A stretch of 64,000 bases of DNA from Syntrophales bacterium (GTDB lineage Bacteria > Desulfobacterota > Syntrophia > Syntrophales > UBA2210). The stretch spans positions 224,001 through 288,000 of the forward strand of contig CAXXKT010000003.1 of assembly GCA_963662405.2 (NCBI GenBank), read 5' to 3'. The position numbers and the translations under genes were made by a program. Below the pieces are notes generated by a model, which saw nothing but the letters and a program-made list of their open reading frames with translations, ran no database searches and was not told the DNA's origin. Below are positions 26,932 through 37,101 of the stretch, in pieces. The first letter of the stretch is position 1. The number at the start of each line of letters is the position of its first letter.

Positions 26932-28914
26932 GTGACAACAGGACTCAACGCAATACAGTACGGACAGGAAGTCGATCCGGGAAATGGATCCCGGCAATCG
27001 CGCACGGGGAGTGCCGTCGATGGGACCGGAGACCTCCTTCCTTTTGCCTGTATCATGGACACCGCCCAGGGCATGTCCTCCCGGAATGAGGGGAAGATCA
27101 ACGGCAATTCCTCCGGCGAAGATGGACTCAAGGGGTCTTTCGGTCGGGAAGGAAACTGTGCGGTCCGCACGGGGACTTCCCCGGAGGCCGGGGGAAAAAC
27201 GATCCCTTTGATCTCAGGGAACGATGCATCTCCTGCTGAATCCTCACCCGAGACCGGACCGAAGGTCACCGTAACCCAGGGTCAACTCGCCCTGCATGCC
27301 CCAGGGGAGAAGGCGGGACTGACAGGCGAATCGGTCTCCGGCACCCCTGCTATTCTATCGCAGGGAGCGGATGTCACGAAGGGAGGGCCGCTGGAAAAGG
27401 CGGTCTTATCAATAAACGCCGATCCCACACGGCGAAAAACCGCGTTTCTGAAATTCGATGCTCAAACGGAAGGCGCCCAACCGGTCTTGAAAGGAGTAAC
27501 TGTTCAAGAGAATGGTCTTGGCGATAAAGCAGAGGGAACGGGAAAGGCGTGTGCCTCCTCTGGAGTGCGGAACGTAAAATACGGTATGACGCCTCTGTCA
27601 CAGGAAAAGGGGGTATCGACCGGCGGCGCCACCACGATTCTACCAGAGAAGGTGGATATAACGGAGGGGGGGACGCGAAAAACGGTTTCATTGACACCGG
27701 CCGATCCGACAGAGCAGGGGGAGGGTGTCCTGAAGTCCGGGGTCCAAAAGGGAGATGTCCGGTCGGTATTGAACGGAATAGCTGTTCAAGAAAATGACGC
27801 CGGCGAGAAAACGGGGAAAGAAAAGGGTGCCGTTCCGGCGGGAGGAGATGGCGGTGATAAAACGAAGGCCGCTGCTTTTCGTATGGCGGAGCAACTCTCT
27901 GAATCTTCGAAGACCGATGTGAAGCAAAGGGCTTCGGAAAAGGGAGGAACCGCTCTTTCAGAGGGTACAACAGGTCCAACAACCGGATCCGGAAAGGGTC
28001 CTCCGGTGAGGGAGGATGCCCTGGGATCTTTGAAAACAACGGGGAAAGAGTCGGTTGCCGTGGCGAACGAGAAGATCTCTCGTGTCTTCAGCGAGATAAC
28101 CGAGACGGAAAGAGGCTCCCGTTCGGCCGGTAACAAGTCCGATCCGCTGGCATCAACCCTCCAGGGTGTGACTTCCGCAAAGAATAAAAATGGTATGGAG
28201 AAAAACGGTTCGGAAAAGGTTTCCTATTCCTTGGGCAAGGAAGAGGTAAAAGGGGATGGGGGAACCCGGATCAGCATGACAGGTGAAGGGACATCGGCCG
28301 GGCATGAACAGACGGGTGACAGGAGATTTGAAGAACGGACAGTTGACAGTGTGCAGCGGGGAATCTCCCGCTCAACATCTCCGTCACAGGAGCCCCCCCC
28401 TTCCGGGGGATATCAGCATGTCGCTTCTCTTGCCGGAGGAAAACAGGTGGTTACCGCCGACCCTGTCGAGATAACGCCCCGGGGGCTGATCAATCAGATC
28501 GTGGACGGCGCGAAGACATCCGGCAGGGTGAGAATCGTTCTCAATCCCCCCAGCCTCGGCACGCTGGATATGGATGTCCTGGTCAGGAACAACAAGGTGC
28601 ACGTCACCCTCCAGGCCGAAAATACTGATATAAAACAGATGCTTCAGTCAAGTATGGATAATTTGCGGACTGCTTTGCGAAGCCAGGGCTTGACCGTTGA
28701 TAGCATCCAGGTGCTCGCCCAGGAGAGATCGGACGGTGAAGGCTTCGGCTCCGGGCGGAACGATCTCTGGTCCGGAGAGGGAACCAATAGTGGAAACGGA
28801 AACGAGCGGGAGTGGTGCGGTGGAGAGGCCGATCTTTCGGACCCCGCTTCTTCGCTGTCGGAGGGAAAAACCCGGCAGGTCGCGCATAACGGCGCTTTGA
28901 ATGTCTTTGCATAA
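26932..28914 (+). CDS. fliK: hook-length control protein
   Basis: Long low-complexity N-term; C-term LNPPSLGTLDM...LRTALRSQGL; precedes flgD. Confidence 0.88.
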   Translation: MTTGLNAIQYGQEVDPGNGSRQSRTGSAVDGTGDLLPFACIMDTAQGMSSRNEGKINGNSSGEDGLKGSFGREGNCAVRTGTSPEAGGKTIPLISGNDASPAESSPETGPKVTVTQGQLALHAPGEKAGLTGESVSGTPAILSQGADVTKGGPLEKAVLSINADPTRRKTAFLKFDAQTEGAQPVLKGVTVQENGLGDKAEGTGKACASSGVRNVKYGMTPLSQEKGVSTGGATTILPEKVDITEGGTRKTVSLTPADPTEQGEGVLKSGVQKGDVRSVLNGIAVQENDAGEKTGKEKGAVPAGGDGGDKTKAAAFRMAEQLSESSKTDVKQRASEKGGTALSEGTTGPTTGSGKGPPVREDALGSLKTTGKESVAVANEKISRVFSEITETERGSRSAGNKSDPLASTLQGVTSAKNKNGMEKNGSEKVSYSLGKEEVKGDGGTRISMTGEGTSAGHEQTGDRRFEERTVDSVQRGISRSTSPSQEPPPSGGYQHVASLAGGKQVVTADPVEITPRGLINQIVDGAKTSGRVRIVLNPPSLGTLDMDVLVRNNKVHVTLQAENTDIKQMLQSSMDNLRTALRSQGLTVDSIQVLAQERSDGEGFGSGRNDLWSGEGTNSGNGNEREWCGGEADLSDPASSLSEGKTRQVAHNGALNVFA

Positions 28915-28955
28915 GAACAGTACCGGCGCTGCCGGGGGACAGGAGGAAGAAGACA

Positions 28956-29612
28956 ATGTCAATGATCGAAGGATTGATCGGGAATACCGGCGGGGCCCTG
29001 GAGGCTTTGGGGACAAGCAGCAGTATAGGAAAAGAGGACTTTTTCGAGATGCTGATAGCCCAGCTCCAGAATCAGGATCCCCTCAATCCTCTCGAAGGGA
29101 CTGATTTCACGGCACAGCTTGCCCAATTTTCCAGCCTCGAACAGTTATACAATATGACGGAGCAGATGGGGATGCTGGGTCTCTACCAGTCATCCATGAA
29201 TAATGCCATGGCGGCCAGTCTTGTCGGGAAGGAGATCACGGCAAGCGGGAACAGTGTGATCGTGGACGGATCATCCGCAGAGATCGCCTATGCCCTGGAA
29301 TCGGAGGCGGGGAAGGTCACCGTATCGATCTACGATGAGGACGGCAGTCTTGTGGATACCATCGAGTCCGGGACCGGAGGGTTGCAGGCAGGTGGTAATA
29401 AGATTACGTGGGATTGCAGCGGTATCGAAAGCGGGACCTATACCTTTGAGGTGTCCGCCCTATCGATGGATGGGAGTGCGATCGCCGTTGATACGGTGAT
29501 GTCCGGGACGGTGACGGGGGTCACCTTTGTCGACGGAGTTCCCTATCTCATGATCGGCGGTCGATATGTTTCCCTCGGGGACGTCGTGTCCGTGAATGAA
29601 ACGGAGGCATGA
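28956..29612 (+). CDS. flgD: hook cap protein
   Basis: QLQNQDPLNP...AQLAQFSSLEQ. Confidence 0.96.
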   Translation: MSMIEGLIGNTGGALEALGTSSSIGKEDFFEMLIAQLQNQDPLNPLEGTDFTAQLAQFSSLEQLYNMTEQMGMLGLYQSSMNNAMAASLVGKEITASGNSVIVDGSSAEIAYALESEAGKVTVSIYDEDGSLVDTIESGTGGLQAGGNKITWDCSGIESGTYTFEVSALSMDGSAIAVDTVMSGTVTGVTFVDGVPYLMIGGRYVSLGDVVSVNETEA

Positions 29613-29717
29613 AGAAGGCAATGCTCTGAGTCGCTGGAGGGAAGGACGAACATCGACGTATGAAATATGAATGAAGGATTATAATACCATATTTATTGGA
29701 ACAAGGAGGTAGACGAG

Positions 29718-31250
29718 ATGGGGAGTTCATTATTTGCCGGTATTTCGGGCCTAACGGCCAGCACCAAGCAGTTGGATGTCATCGGTAACAACATAGCCAA
29801 TGCGAATACGGTCGGGTTTAAGGCCAGCAAGATATCGTTTGGCGACATCCTGAGTCAGAGCATCACCGGTGGCGCGGCCTCGGGGATGCAGGTCGGTCGC
29901 GGCGTGCAGGTCAACGCCATCGCGACTCAGTTTTCATCGGGTTCATTCGAGACGACAGCGAATGCCACGGACCTGGCCATCGACGGTGATGGCTTCTTTA
30001 CCGTCAAGGATACCGATGGCGGGACATATTACACGCGGGCCGGGGCATTCGGCCTGGACAGCGCGGGGTACCTGGTCAATACCAACGGGTATACGGTACA
30101 GGGGTATAACCTGACCTCGAGTGACCCTGATACGATATCGGACATCTGCCTCTCCGGCGTTCAGTCCGTCCCGGCCGCCACAACGACCATTTCCGTCGGG
30201 GCGAATCTGAATTCAGAGAGCGACACGGGAGCGACCTTCAATGCATCTCAGACGGTCTATGATTCCCTCGGCGGTGAACATGCCCTCAAGGTGACCTTCC
30301 AGAAGACGGAAGAAACGGGATACTGGAGCTTCAATTCCTATCTCGACAATGTGAGCACCACGGCGCAGGAATATGCGGGTTTCAAGTTCGACGAGAGTGG
30401 TAATCTCGAGGCCGTGTACAATTCGTCGATCGGAACCCCGACCATCACCACCGGCGGTGACGGTACTGCGGCGGTGACCGTCAACAACGAAGGGCAGCTC
30501 TATAAGGATGCGACCGATATCACCCTGACGAGAGGGGCTGACGAGAACACCTGGACGATCACCGACAACGGCGGGTATACCAGTATGACTATCGCTCTCG
30601 GGACGGTGGGGACCGATGATGTGGTCGAAATCGATCTCGACGGCGAAGGGGGTGCCGATATTACCTTCGCCCTCGCCGATACGTGGGCGGCCGGTGACAC
30701 GATCGTCTTCAGTATCGACCAGACGGAATATACCCCCGCCGATGTGGACCTGACGATGCCTGCGCTCGACGGGGCCACGATCGGCGACAATGGCGTCGTG
30801 ACGTGGGACCTGGTCGGTTCGACGGCGAACTCGGTGACGGAATACGCGAGCACATCGGTGGTCAAGACCCTGTCCCATGATGGATATTCCTCGGGGTCAC
30901 TGAAATCTATCTCGGTGGGGGCGGACGGCGTCGTCGGGGGATTTTTCACCAACGGTCAGACCTCCGAGATCGCACAGATTATCCTGAGTGATTTTGCCAA
31001 TGTAAACGGTCTGAAACTGATGGGGAACAATCTCTATGCCACGACCGTTGAATCGGGAGACGCCGTTCCGAATACCCCCGGATCTGCGGGTATGGGAACG
31101 ATCAGTTCCAATTCGCTGGAGATGTCGAATACGGATATCGCAACGGAATTTGTCAACATGATCACGGCGCAACGCGCCTATCAGGCCAGTGCGAAGATTG
31201 TGACCACGACGGATTCGATGATGTCCGAACTGATGAACATTAAGAGATAG
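29718..31250 (+). CDS. flgE: hook protein
   Basis: GNNIANANTVGFK, DLAIDGDGFF, YTRAG, LEMSNTD...QRAYQA. Confidence 0.96.
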   Translation: MGSSLFAGISGLTASTKQLDVIGNNIANANTVGFKASKISFGDILSQSITGGAASGMQVGRGVQVNAIATQFSSGSFETTANATDLAIDGDGFFTVKDTDGGTYYTRAGAFGLDSAGYLVNTNGYTVQGYNLTSSDPDTISDICLSGVQSVPAATTTISVGANLNSESDTGATFNASQTVYDSLGGEHALKVTFQKTEETGYWSFNSYLDNVSTTAQEYAGFKFDESGNLEAVYNSSIGTPTITTGGDGTAAVTVNNEGQLYKDATDITLTRGADENTWTITDNGGYTSMTIALGTVGTDDVVEIDLDGEGGADITFALADTWAAGDTIVFSIDQTEYTPADVDLTMPALDGATIGDNGVVTWDLVGSTANSVTEYASTSVVKTLSHDGYSSGSLKSISVGADGVVGGFFTNGQTSEIAQIILSDFANVNGLKLMGNNLYATTVESGDAVPNTPGSAGMGTISSNSLEMSNTDIATEFVNMITAQRAYQASAKIVTTTDSMMSELMNIKR

Positions 31251-31476
31251 CTGTCAAATTTCTGACAACTCGTCAAAATCCTCTTCCCGGGAAAGGGCGT
31301 CCGGCCGGATACGCCGGGCCCTCTTTCTTCCCGGTACGTCTCTTTTTGCATTTCCCGTCCCCGGCTGTGGCCGGGAGCGAGCCCGGCGTTCCGTGGAAAC
31401 TCGCCACTCCCATAGAAATAAAAGGTGTCATTTGTGTATTCCCCCGGCAAGCTCCTGTGCCTCAGGGGCGGGCCTT

Positions 31477-31492
31477 TGGCATGTTCTTTGCT
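31477..31492 (+). promoter_or_regulatory. sigma54 promoter of the motA operon
   Basis: TGGCAT-GTTCT-TTGCT just upstream of the motA ATG. Confidence 0.82.
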
Positions 31493-31508
31493 CTTTCAGG
31501 GGACTGCG

Positions 31509-32270
31509 ATGGATATATCAACTATCTTGGGAATTATCTTCGGGTTTGGACTTGTCATCGTTGCCATGGGTCAGGGCGGGGGATTGCAGTGGTTTTTCAA
31601 TGTCCCCTCGGCGATGATCGTTCTCGGTGGAACGATCGGTGCCGTTTTTATCAATTATCCCCTGTCTGATATCCTCGGGGTGGCAAAGGTGGCGAAGAAC
31701 GTGCTTTTCCCTCAGGATCTGAATACGGAAACGGCGATCAAGACATTGATCGAGATGTCGAAAATCGCCCGGCGCGACGGGATCCTGGCCCTGGAGGACA
31801 AGATGGAAGAAATCAAGGATCCCTTTTTTACCAAAGGGGTGATGCTGATGATAGACGGTGTCGAGCCGGCCGCTCTCTCCCGGATTCTGAATACGGAACT
31901 CGAATACGTCGCAGAGCGGCACCGGATGGGGGCGGAGATATTCATGACCATGGGAAATTTTGCCCCGGCCATGGGGATGATGGGGACCCTCATCGGGCTG
32001 GTGAAGATGCTGATGCAGATGGATGATCCCTCCTCTATAGGACCGGCCATGGCGGTCGCCCTCCTCACCACCTTTTACGGGGTCATCCTGGCGAATCTGA
32101 TTTTTCTCCCGGTGGCCGGGAAGCTGAAGACACGGAGCGCCGCCGAATTGACCGTCAAACAGCTGGTCATACACGGGATCTTGTCCGTTCAATCCGGCGA
32201 CAATCCGCGGATACTGGAAGAAAAACTTCATTCATTCGTATCGCCTGATGAGAGGAAGAGCACATTCTAG
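31509..32270 (+). CDS. motA: stator A subunit (MotA/PomA)
   Basis: RRDGILALE, APAMGMMGTLIGL, ALLTTFYG; start moved to ATG 31509. Confidence 0.95.
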   Translation: MDISTILGIIFGFGLVIVAMGQGGGLQWFFNVPSAMIVLGGTIGAVFINYPLSDILGVAKVAKNVLFPQDLNTETAIKTLIEMSKIARRDGILALEDKMEEIKDPFFTKGVMLMIDGVEPAALSRILNTELEYVAERHRMGAEIFMTMGNFAPAMGMMGTLIGLVKMLMQMDDPSSIGPAMAVALLTTFYGVILANLIFLPVAGKLKTRSAAELTVKQLVIHGILSVQSGDNPRILEEKLHSFVSPDERKSTF

Positions 32271-32272
32271 AA

Positions 32273-32962
32273 ATGGAAGGGGAAACGTTTCAGAGAAGAC
32301 GGGAGGAAGAACCTCCGGTCGCCGGGTGGCAGACGATATACTGTTCCCTTGCCCTGATCCTGGTGGCCTTCTTTGCCATGCTTGTTTCCTACTCAAGCAT
32401 CGAGGAAAAAAAGCTGACAATCTTCAGGAAGGGACACGGTATCCTTGAAGATGGGAATCCTTTGTCAGCCTTCGATGCAAAAAAGGCGTTGCGAAAGGTC
32501 GCGGAAGAACGTCAAGAACGCGTGGATGCGGCGATTGAAGTTCTCAATGGGTACTGCAAGGCAATGGGTTTGGGAGAGATGGTTCACACGGAGATCACCG
32601 CCCGAGGATTTAGGACTACCTTTGCGAGCAGCATCTTTTTCCCGTCAGGGCTGGCCGTGATCAGGAAAGAGGCGTATCCCAATCTCGACAAGATAGCCGG
32701 GATAGTGAAAGAAGGGGGATTCTCCCTCCGTGTCGAAGGGCACACGGATGATGTCCCGATCAATACCCGCCAATTTCCTTCGAACTGGGAACTGTCGACG
32801 ACCCGGGCGGTCAATGTCCTGCGGTATCTGTCTGAGAGAGGAAAGATACCTGCCAAGCGTCTTTCCGCGGTCGGATTCGCACAGTATCAGCCGATTGTTT
32901 CAAACAAAACCCCCGAAGGGAGACAGAAGAACAGGCGGGTCGTGTTTGACTTTGCATTATAG
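32273..32962 (+). CDS. MotB-like protein lacking the conserved TM Asp
   Basis: TM WQTIYCSLALILVAFF; OmpA-like domain VEGHTDD...NWELSTTRA...NRRV. Confidence 0.88.
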   Translation: MEGETFQRRREEEPPVAGWQTIYCSLALILVAFFAMLVSYSSIEEKKLTIFRKGHGILEDGNPLSAFDAKKALRKVAEERQERVDAAIEVLNGYCKAMGLGEMVHTEITARGFRTTFASSIFFPSGLAVIRKEAYPNLDKIAGIVKEGGFSLRVEGHTDDVPINTRQFPSNWELSTTRAVNVLRYLSERGKIPAKRLSAVGFAQYQPIVSNKTPEGRQKNRRVVFDFAL

Positions 32963-32994
32963 CAGAGCGAGTAGCGCCGGCAAAGAGGGAACAG

Positions 32995-33792
32995 ATGAAG
33001 CAGAGACAGACGGAATCCGAAAATCAGGGAGGAAAATGGCTTCTCACCTTTAACGACATGGTGACGCTGCTTCTGACCTTCTTTGTCCTGATCCTCTCGC
33101 TCTCAAAGCTTGATGCGCCGAAACTGGGGAAAGCGGCCTCTTCCATGCGGGCCATATTCAATCTGTCGGAACAGGGTGTGCAGGAGAAAGTCGAGGTCTT
33201 TACCCCCTTTGTTCTTCCCCTGGGGAGCGATATGCCCCGGAGAAACTCAATCGTTGCGTTCGAGAAAAAACAATTCAGCCTGGTGGAACGCATTAACGAG
33301 AAAGCACGGCACATAGCGGCATTGGGACGGGGGGGAAAATCTCCCGTTCCTGGTGAAGACCTTCTTTCTTGGGAAAGAGTGATGGAGGCCCGGGTGGCAG
33401 AGGAAGGGGTTGCCGTTTCTCTGGGTGAACAACTCCTGTTCGAGACGGGTTCCGCCAAGATCGCCGGAAAGCGGCAGCCGGCCCTCGACGCGCTCTGCTC
33501 CATCCTTCGGGAGATGGATTGCCGGATACGGGTCGAGGGGAATACGGATGAAGTCCCTATCAACACCGAGCAATTTCCCTCGAACTGGGAGCTTTCAGTG
33601 GCACGGGCCGTGAGTGTCGTCAGGTATTGTATCTCCAAAGGTGTCGTCCTGCCGGAGCGGCTATCGGCGGCGGGATATGCGGATTTTCGACCGCGTGTCC
33701 CGGCGCTCAACGAGCGGAACAGGGGGTTGAACCGGCGGGTAGAAATCCTTGTGATCTTGAGTGGGAATGAAGGAGGAAGAAAAAATGGCTGA
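32995..33792 (+). CDS. motB: stator B subunit (MotB/PomB)
   Basis: TM WLLTFNDMVTLLLTFFV with Asp21; OmpA-like domain NWELSVARA...NRRVE. Confidence 0.92.
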   Translation: MKQRQTESENQGGKWLLTFNDMVTLLLTFFVLILSLSKLDAPKLGKAASSMRAIFNLSEQGVQEKVEVFTPFVLPLGSDMPRRNSIVAFEKKQFSLVERINEKARHIAALGRGGKSPVPGEDLLSWERVMEARVAEEGVAVSLGEQLLFETGSAKIAGKRQPALDALCSILREMDCRIRVEGNTDEVPINTEQFPSNWELSVARAVSVVRYCISKGVVLPERLSAAGYADFRPRVPALNERNRGLNRRVEILVILSGNEGGRKNG

Positions 33793-34279
33793 AGAAGAGA
33801 AGGAAGGGCAACAGGAGGAAACCACTTCCGGTAAAGGAAAGAAATCCGGCCTCAAGTGGGTCATTGCGCTCTTCGTGATCATAATCATCGGGGTCGGTGT
33901 GGGGGTTGTCGGGTGGAAGTACTATCAATTGCGTCTTTCCGGTCCGTCCGAAAGGGGGGAGACGGAAGCCGTTCAGGAACCCGGCATCTGGGCGATGGAC
34001 CCCATTGTCGTCAATCTGATGGATGATAACGGTGAGCGGTATCTCAAAACGACCCTCCAGATCGAGGTATCCAGCCAGGAATGTATGGCGGAGTTGGAGC
34101 GTCTGAAACCAAAGGTGACGGACAATATATTGGTCCTTCTTTCATCCAAGAGATACAAGGAGATCGCCGGTTTTGAGGGGAAACAGGATCTCAGGGACGA
34201 GATCGCCGTCCGTCTCAACCGGTATCTGGCCAAGGGGCAGGTCAGGAGGATCTATTTTACCGAGTTTCTTATACAGTAG
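33785..34279 (+). CDS. fliL: FliL
   Basis: N-term TM, IVVNL, C-term IYFTEFLIQ. Confidence 0.92.
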   Translation: MAEEEKEGQQEETTSGKGKKSGLKWVIALFVIIIIGVGVGVVGWKYYQLRLSGPSERGETEAVQEPGIWAMDPIVVNLMDDNGERYLKTTLQIEVSSQECMAELERLKPKVTDNILVLLSSKRYKEIAGFEGKQDLRDEIAVRLNRYLAKGQVRRIYFTEFLIQ

Positions 34280-34329
34280 GGGTGTGGGATGGTTCCCTGA
34301 AACGAATGAACGGATAAGAGAGGATACAG

Positions 34330-35313
34330 ATGTCCCAGATACTATCACAGGAAGAGGTCGATGCGCTCTTAAGAGGGGTTTCGGGCGGGGAAATTGAGAC
34401 GGAACAAGAAGAAGTGGTCGATCCGTCGGTAGTCAGATCGTACGATCTGACCGGGCAGGAAGGGGTCATCGATCAGCGTTTGCCCACCCTGGAGATGGCG
34501 ACGGAGAAATTCGCCCGGATATTCAGGTCGACCCTCTCATCCTTGTTGAAGAAGATAGTCAGTACGAGCGGCGTGACGGTGAGTGTGGTGAAATATGGAA
34601 GTTTCGTCAAAACCATCCCGGTTCCGGCGAGCCTCCATATCTTCCAATTGAAGCCGTTGGGGGGGAGCGCACTTATGGTCATCGAACCCCAGATCGCCTT
34701 TACCCTCATAGATCTCATCTTCGGGGGGTCCGGACGGGAAACCTACAAGGTTGAAGGCAGGGATTTTACCCTGATAGAAAACAATCTTATCAAGAGGATT
34801 GCACTGAACGCACTTGCCGATTTCGAAAAGGCGTGGGATGCGATCATCAAGCTCGATATCGTCTACCAGCGGTCGGAGACGAACCCTCAATTCGCTCAGA
34901 TCGTAATGCCTTCGGATGTGGTCGTTCTCATGCAGTTTGAGGTCGACATGGGTTTTTCTTCAGGCGATATGACGGTGTGTATTCCCTATTCAACAATAGA
35001 ACCGATCAGAGACAAGTTGCATGTAAGCTATCAGGCTGACAGTTTCGAATTCGACAAACAGTGGCCGGAGCGGTTTGTCGAGAGGCTCCGCTCTTCGCCG
35101 GTTAGTCTTTCCGTCGAGCTGGGGAGAACGGAACTCAGCGGCAGGGAAATCGTCAATCTCAAGAGGGGGGATGTCATTCCTCTGGAGCAGCATTACAGTG
35201 ACAATCTGAATGTTTATGTCGAGGATATCCTCAAATTTAAGGGACAGCCGGGGAGCTATAGAGGAAGTCAGGCCGTTGAGATCATGAGCATTGTCGACGG
35301 GAAGGGGGCATAG
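34330..35313 (+). CDS. fliM: C-ring switch protein
   Basis: ILSQEEVDALL, FGGSG, ETNPQF. Confidence 0.96.
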   Translation: MSQILSQEEVDALLRGVSGGEIETEQEEVVDPSVVRSYDLTGQEGVIDQRLPTLEMATEKFARIFRSTLSSLLKKIVSTSGVTVSVVKYGSFVKTIPVPASLHIFQLKPLGGSALMVIEPQIAFTLIDLIFGGSGRETYKVEGRDFTLIENNLIKRIALNALADFEKAWDAIIKLDIVYQRSETNPQFAQIVMPSDVVVLMQFEVDMGFSSGDMTVCIPYSTIEPIRDKLHVSYQADSFEFDKQWPERFVERLRSSPVSLSVELGRTELSGREIVNLKRGDVIPLEQHYSDNLNVYVEDILKFKGQPGSYRGSQAVEIMSIVDGKGA

Positions 35314-35317
35314 GAAA

Positions 35318-35878
35318 ATGGGGCAGGATGAACGGGAAGAACCGGATAGAGAGAGGGGAAAGGACGAAACGGTTCCGGAGGTGAACGCCTCGGTCGAACC
35401 GATGGAGAAAGGAAGTATGATGAACGGTGATGAGACGAACGGTGCGGGAGGTGTCCCGGCCGGGCCGGCGGCAGAAGAGGGAGATCAGGATATGGATGAA
35501 GAGATCGGTTGGGATGATGTTCAGGAAGAAATGGCGGCGGGGGCGAATCCATCGGGAGAACGGGAAGTCAGTAGTGTCAGCTTTCAGGAGATGAAACAGG
35601 GCGATGTCAATGAATCGCTCTTGGATATCGATTTCATTTTGGATATCCCCCTGACCGTCTCCGTTGAGCTCGGAAGGGGAAAGATGATGATAAGCGAATT
35701 GTTGAAACTGGGCAGGGGCTCTATCGTGGAGCTGTCGAAACTCGCCGGGGAACCTCTGGATGTCTTTGTCAACAACCGGTTGATAGCCATGGGTGAGGTG
35801 GTGGTGGCTAATGAAAAATTCGGTATCAGACTCACCGATGTTGTCTCCCATGCCGAGAGGATTGATAAACTGCGGTAG
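35318..35878 (+). CDS. fliN: C-ring switch protein with acidic N-terminal extension
   Basis: LDIPLTVSVELG, GEVVVANEKFGIRL; start uncertain. Confidence 0.93.
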   Translation: MGQDEREEPDRERGKDETVPEVNASVEPMEKGSMMNGDETNGAGGVPAGPAAEEGDQDMDEEIGWDDVQEEMAAGANPSGEREVSSVSFQEMKQGDVNESLLDIDFILDIPLTVSVELGRGKMMISELLKLGRGSIVELSKLAGEPLDVFVNNRLIAMGEVVVANEKFGIRLTDVVSHAERIDKLR

Positions 35879-35893
35879 AAAGCGAAAGAACCC

Positions 35894-36265
35894 ATGAATG
35901 AACCGGAACTGTTTTCCTCTCTTCTCAAGATCGCATCGGCCCTTGCCGTGACGGTGGGGATCATGTTTCTGCTCGTATTCCTGTTCAAGAAGGCCATGCA
36001 GAGGGGGGGAGGAGAAGGGAATACGGATGTGGTTCGGATTTTGTCCTCCCGTTACCTGGGACCCAAGAGCAGCATTATGCTGGTCGATGTCGTGGGACAT
36101 CTCCTGGTGATCGGTATTGCAAACGGTACCATGTCTCTCCTGACGGAGATCATGGATCCCGAGTCGATCCAACAACTGCACGGTCTGCGGAGTCCGAAAG
36201 AGAGAAGCTCCTCGTTCTCCGAATATCTCAAGGGATATCTGAAGAGGTCACGCTTTGATTCATAA
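35894..36265 (+). CDS. fliO: FliO
   Basis: TM followed by LGPKSSIMLVDV...LVIG; between fliN and fliP. Confidence 0.85.
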   Translation: MNEPELFSSLLKIASALAVTVGIMFLLVFLFKKAMQRGGGEGNTDVVRILSSRYLGPKSSIMLVDVVGHLLVIGIANGTMSLLTEIMDPESIQQLHGLRSPKERSSSFSEYLKGYLKRSRFDS

Positions 36266-37088
36266 CAGCCTTGGCAGAGATACCCGCAGTGGCTCCGTCT
36301 CCGTGACGGGGTCGGACGGTTCCCCCGGGAGGTGGAGATGTCTCGTCGGCGGTATCGTGCTCCTCTGTGCCATGTTCCTGATGGTCAGCCTATCATGGGG
36401 TGAACCCTTTTCGATTCCTTCGATACAGTTCAGCGTGGGCAGCGGAGATGACGAACCCGGCAAGGTGGCGGTCGTTCTCCAACTGCTCTTTCTCCTGACG
36501 GTCCTGTCTCTCGCGCCGGCCATACTGATCATGTTGACCTCATTCACCCGAATCGTCGTGGTCCTCTCACTCCTTCGTCATGCCCTGGGGACGCAGCAGA
36601 TGCCGGCAAATCAGATCATCATCGGGCTCGCGCTTTTTTTGACTTTTTTTATCATGACCCCTGTCTGGAATACGGTGAATTCCCAGGCACTGCAACCCTA
36701 TCTCCAAGAAGAGATATCGGCCGAAAAGGCATTTGACCGGGCGTCCGATCCCATCAAGGAATTCATGCTGAAGCAGACCAGGGAGAAGGATATCGCACTG
36801 TTCGTCAAGATATCGCGGGGAGAGCGGCCGCAGACTCCCGATGAGATCACGCTGCCCGTCCTGATCCCCGCCTTTGTAATCAGTGAGCTGAAGACGGCCT
36901 TTCAAATCGGGTTCATGATCTATCTCCCCTTCTTGATACTGGATATGGTCATCGCCAGTGTTCTTTTGTCGATGGGGATGATGATGCTCCCACCGATCAT
37001 GATCAGCCTTCCCTTCAAGCTCCTTCTCTTTGTCCTGGTTGATGGGTGGAATCTGATAGTCGGGTCGCTCGTTCAGAGCTTTCACTAG
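36255..37088 (+). CDS. fliP: export gate protein
   Basis: MLTSFTRI, PAFVISELKTAF, MMMLPP...LPFKLLLFVLVDGW; start uncertain. Confidence 0.96.
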   Translation: MIHNSLGRDTRSGSVSVTGSDGSPGRWRCLVGGIVLLCAMFLMVSLSWGEPFSIPSIQFSVGSGDDEPGKVAVVLQLLFLLTVLSLAPAILIMLTSFTRIVVVLSLLRHALGTQQMPANQIIIGLALFLTFFIMTPVWNTVNSQALQPYLQEEISAEKAFDRASDPIKEFMLKQTREKDIALFVKISRGERPQTPDEITLPVLIPAFVISELKTAFQIGFMIYLPFLILDMVIASVLLSMGMMMLPPIMISLPFKLLLFVLVDGWNLIVGSLVQSFH

Positions 37089-37101
37089 GAGGGAAACACG
37101 G

